A stretch of 64,000 bases of DNA, from the NCBI RefSeq assembly GCF_009914755.1, contig NC_060947.1. One strand, written 5' to 3'. A model generated the notes under the pieces. It worked only from the letters and a program-made list of their open reading frames with translations, was not told the DNA's origin and did not search any database. Both the position numbers and the translations under genes were made by a program. The stretch's first letter is position 1; every line of letters begins with the position of its first letter. The DNA is from the human T2T-CHM13v2.0 reference genome, Homo sapiens. Below, piece by piece: positions 55,628-64,000 of this stretch.

Positions 55628-57789
55628 GTAAGTGGCCTTTTAAGATTTTGTTTTATCCAATAAAATATTTTATAACCACTACATTCTTCTTGATACTACA
55701 GTACTAAATAATTATATCTCCTTTAGTGCTCATAGTAAAACTAAAGAGATGTACATATGTAGCTAATGATTAAAGCAAATTTTGGTTTATTCTTTTGTAA
55801 CAAAGAAACAAATTGTATGAAACAAGGAAAACAATTAAATGTGTCTTACAGAAGATAATATTTTACAGTATGAGATAAAAAATAAACCATGAACCCAGTG
55901 AAGGAGGTACACTATAATGGGAAAATGTGAGCAGTAGTTTTTTTTAACATATTCTGAAGAAAAATAAAAAGTCCCTTTATTTACATTTCTAATTTGGAAC
56001 ACTCTTCCCCTAAGAAATAATTTTCTATGTAAAACTTGTGTTTGGCAGAGGCTATAACTGCTCTTTGGGGTTATTAATTACCTAAGAGAACAGGCCTGAA
56101 TATACTTTATAAGTCAAAATTCTTTGAGATGATTTGTTGGCACAGAGAAATTTATCTTTATAAAAATGCTGCTGTTGGGAAAATAGTTTTTTCCTACCAA
56201 CAGATCTTGAGCTTACACCCATTGCCTTGGGTATGCATGTGCACCCTTTGTTTAGAAAAATAATTTGATAAAGCTCTATAGACTTACAAGATTTCCTGAC
56301 ATATTTTAGATGTGGATGATACAGTTAGAAATTTAATTTACTATATGCATCCCTTTCTACACCAAGCTAGTATTCATTTGAAGGAAGTTTAAGAGGCTGA
56401 AACACTCATATAATTGTAGAAGTCTTAAGAGTGTTTTGTTTCGTTTCTTTATTGTTTTGTCCATTGCTTACCAAGTGTTTCATACCAAAAGAAAATATCT
56501 TATATCAATTTCATTTTTAACATAGTATTGTATATGGGAGAGAAGACCTCTTTGCCTTAGAAACTATCTCATTTTTCAGTTCGCTGATGCTTGAAAGTAA
56601 TTGCTTTGGCTTTAAGCCTTGTTCATTGTCAAAATGAAAATTGTCCTGTGAGATGTTCAACGTTAAGTAACTCATGTTTTCCTTTTAACTGAAAGAAAGT
56701 TTCTTGGGTCCTTTGTGAAGGACAGAGTTTGTTAAGGGCAAGTTGAAATAAAGCATAAGACATTGAGTTCATAGAAGGGAGACTGGAGTATAAAAAGAAA
56801 AAAGAGGAAAGAGGTTACTTGACAGATTTCCTAGCAGCAGGCAACTTTGCTCTTGAAGCATTTGTTTTAGTTACATATGAGCTGAATCTGGCTTTAATAA
56901 AAATCTAGTAGCCACAAAAGTTACAGTTGAAAATGAAGTGGCTCCACATTATGTATCTGCCATAAATCATCATTGCAGTTTTCTTGTCAATTCAGAGGAG
57001 ATATTGTGTTTGAAATTATTCTATTTTAAAAATCATGAAAAAGACTTTATTTCATTACATTTTTTATGCTTGTACAGACAGCAAAGTGATAGTACCTATA
57101 TGTTACACAAGTTGAACAAATGTTAAGATTTTTAGAAGACTTTACTTACTAAATATGGAGAGGTAGATTTTAAAATGCTCTTTCTTAATGGTGTTTAATA
57201 AGCATACATTAATGATTACATAATGTTTTCTATATATTTTACCCTGTTTTGTACTAGCACCTTTTGCCCTCCCTTCCCGTTTTATTTTTCTTTATCCTTC
57301 ACATTTTTTCTTCATAATCATTTCTATTTTTTCTTGCTCCGTTTTTCTCTCTCACTGCTGCATATAAGACCTGAAAGTAAAATGTTGATGTGAAATACAG
57401 GAAATGTTCATTGACATAGAGAATGTGCGTTTTATTCAAACATGTCAGCTTTCAAAAACTAATAAAAACAACTAAATTCTAGAGGGAGTTGTATGTGTCT
57501 GTGGCTACATTAACATTACTCAGGCTTTACAATTATAACTGTGTCTTCTCTCTAAGACATACTTCTTCAGAAATGTTATTGAAATTATGTGATGGATGGA
57601 CATGAGGAAGAAAGGAAAGTCTGTCTTTCTCTACAGGGTCATGTTCTGTTTCAAATTTCTACATGCCTATTATTGGATGCTAATATTTTCTTCTCCTTAG
57701 AAAAACACAAATTGTTTACATACTATCTCAGATGTCAGTTCTGGGATCCAATTTTCAGTATACCTCAATTAACATGAATAATATTATGA

Positions 57790-58800
57790 AATCGCAAATT
57801 CTTAGGCTTGGAAGGCACTTTAGTTTTAGTCCAACCATAAACTCGATGTTTGAATCACCTCTCACATATTAGAGAGGGCCTAATGTGTGCCAAATATAGT
57901 GTTTGGTTCTTAACATTCATTTAATTTCATTTTATTCTCATAATGCCTACGATGTTGAAATACATTTTTCAGATGAGGACACTGAGGCTTAGAGTTTAAG
58001 TCAATTGCTCAAAGTGATACAAGTAAGTTGCACATATGGAATTTGGATTCAGGTTATTGTGACAGTAAAACTCATGTTCTTTCCTTTATGTCACACATTT
58101 GCATAGTCAATGCTTTAATACTTGCAGTTGAGGACATTCTATCCACCTTGAAACCAGATCATATACTTAGATAGTTCTTACTGTAAGAAAATCCTTTCTT
58201 GATATAAATATGTTATTCTACAGTGTTCACCCATTGTTCTTATTTCAGCTGCTAGGGGTCGAGAGAACTATAATGTAATCATTATTCCACATGACTGTTC
58301 TTCAGATATTTCAATACAGCAGTATTCTCTTCCTCAGATAAATACTCTTAGTTCCCCTTATCATTATATTTCTTCTGGTGTAAATATAGTACACGATATC
58401 CATGCTCATTTTTAATTAGGTACTCAGAACTTTATTGATTCTCAGAAATGTGGTGGCCAGCAGGGACTTTGTAACATCCCTTATTCTAAATGCTATACTC
58501 TTTTAAACGTGGCCTAAGATGGAATTTATGTTTTCTTTTAGAAATCCCCTATCACACTGTTAATGCAAGATTGTACTTTCTACCCAAATAATAAAAATAA
58601 TCACAATTACATAGTATTTACTACATGCAGACACTTTTCTACGTGTTTTATATATGTTAACTGATTTAACTAAAATTCCTTTGTCATTTTTTTTGCAGCC
58701 ATTGTTATTTCCCCCTGCCTGTACTTAAGTATTTGTTTTTAAAAGTTATACAGCTGGGCCTATTCAATTTCATCATTACCACTTATTCAGCTCATTTGCA
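57790..58800 (-). mobile_element. L3/CR1 fragments with nested MIR (about 57870-58095)
   Basis: aggcttggaaggcactttag, ctgtaagaaaatcctttctt, cttcagatattt; MIR core tttcagatgaggacactgaggcttagag. Confidence 0.55.
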
Positions 58801-58804
58801 AGTC

Positions 58805-59320
58805 TAATTCATTCCCTTAACAAATATTTACTGAACACACATTATGTGCCAGGTATTGTTCAACATGCCAGAAAGAAAATAGACACAAATTTCTGCCCTC
58901 ACTGCTTTTGAATCAACAAATAAATACGTGAAATACACAGAATGTCAGATGGTAATAAGTACTATAGAGATAAATAAAGTGAGGAACCAGGATCAGGTGC
59001 TCGCGGACAAGTTTGAATGTTAGGGAAAGTCCTCAATGCAAAGGTAAATTAAGCAAAGAGCTAAGGAAGGTGAGTGATCAGGCTTTGAACAATGTGGTTA
59101 TCTAGTAGTGTGTTCTAAGTAGAGGATATAAAAGTCAAAGACTATAAGAGAGATTCATGCTCGATGTGTTTCAAGAATAACAAGGCAGCCAATGTGGCTG
59201 AGGAAAGGTGTAGGAGGAGGAAAGGGGCATGGAATAGAGTAATAGAAGGTGAGATCTAAGAGGAAATAGTGGCGGAACAGATTGAATAGATAGTGGGCCA
59301 CTGTAAAGACTTAATTTTTT
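58805..59320 (-). mobile_element. L2a 3' fragment
   Basis: ttcattcccttaacaaatatttactgaacac...tatgtgccagg; gccaatgtggctgagg; gggccactgtaaagactt. Confidence 0.75.
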
Positions 59321-59324
59321 TCCC

Positions 59325-60545
59325 CCAATGTTTGATTATGTAAATTTTTGAACATAACAAAACGTTGAAAGAATTGTAGACATCCATATAAATACCACCT
59401 ACATTCTACAAATAATATATTACTATATTTGCTTTTGTACACATCTGTCTATCCATTTCTTTATCTACCCAATAATCTATTTTATTTTTTATCATGCACT
59501 TCAAAGTTGCAGAAAACAGTATAATTTATTCCGAATACTTTAACAAACATGTCACTAATGAAACAATACTAGTTTTGGTTCAATTTTGTAGATAAATTTA
59601 CAAAAATGAAATGCACCAAACTTAAGTGTCTTATAGTGTATCATTCTGTGAGTTTTGACAAATAGACACACCTGTTTAACCAAAATCCATATGAAGATAT
59701 AGAATATTACTCTCACTCGAGGAAGTCCCTCATGCTCATGCTTAGCAAACCCTGATGACTCCTCCGCTACATTCCCGCCTCTTACCAGGAGGCAACCACA
59801 GTTCTGATAATTTTCCACCTCACATTAGTTTTACCAATTTTGGAAGTGGAATTTGACATAGTATGCTGTTTTGTGTGAGGCCTTTTTGACTCAACATAAT
59901 GTTTTATATCAATTTTTTAATATTAGTTTTTAATTTTTTTGTTTTATACTGTTATGCAGCATCCCACTGTATGAATACACTACAGTTTATCCATTCTTTT
60001 CTATGGACCTTGTTGTTGTTTCTAGTTTAAAGCTATGGATAAAATTTCTATGAACATTTTATAATGTCTTTTTGTGGGCATATGTTTTCATTTATCTTTG
60101 GGTATATCCAGGAAAGAGATTATGGAGAAGGATGCATGTTTATATTTAGAAGAAACTTCCAAACTAATTGTATCATACCATACTCCAGTAGAAAATATAA
60201 TGTGTGAAAATTCTTGTTACTCTATATTCTCACCAATATTTGGTATTGTCAGACTAAAATTTTAGTTATCCTGACGGGTATATAGTGGAATTTCATTGTA
60301 ACTTTAATTTACATTTTGGTGATAATGAGATATGTTAAGCAATTTTGCATGTGCTTTTCATCCTTTCATATATTTATTAAAAACTTTTGCCCATTTTAAA
60401 AACTTTGGTTGTTTGTACTTTTATTATTGAATTGTTAGAGTTCTTTTTAGATCCTTGACATCAGTCCTTTGTCAGATATTTATTTTACAAAAATTTTCTC
60501 CCAATATTGAGATTGCTTATTTATATTCTTAATGGAGCCTCTTAA
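59325..60545 (-). mobile_element. L1ME 3' end
   Basis: aaaatgaaatgcaccaaacttaagtg, ggcaaccacagttctgat, agtcctttgtcagatat. Confidence 0.72.

Positions 60546-64000
<3,455 letters not shown>

Overview
This is AT-rich primate (human-like) genomic DNA made mostly of decayed transposable elements: L1P/L1M LINEs, Alus, MaLR and LTR9 solo LTRs, MIR, L2, L3 and hAT-Charlie/MER5 DNA transposons. Most long ORFs in the track are broken L1 ORF1/ORF2 pieces or chance frames in repeats. One convincing 42-nt in-frame internal exon (55586-55627, + strand, SDLSHEMESDMIDV) suggests the window is mostly intron of a gene I cannot name. The most unusual feature is a young ~165-bp inverted copy of unique sequence (22462-22626 vs 22862-23028), inserted inside an old MER5A1 element, with a second fold-back switch at its end. 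This is a template-switching signature. There is also a five-level nested transposon cluster (about 41400-54640) and a full-length L1PA inserted in an older L1. I see no support for a novel multi-gene system. Subfamily calls are recalled from consensus sequences, not computed, and boundaries of old repeats are approximate.
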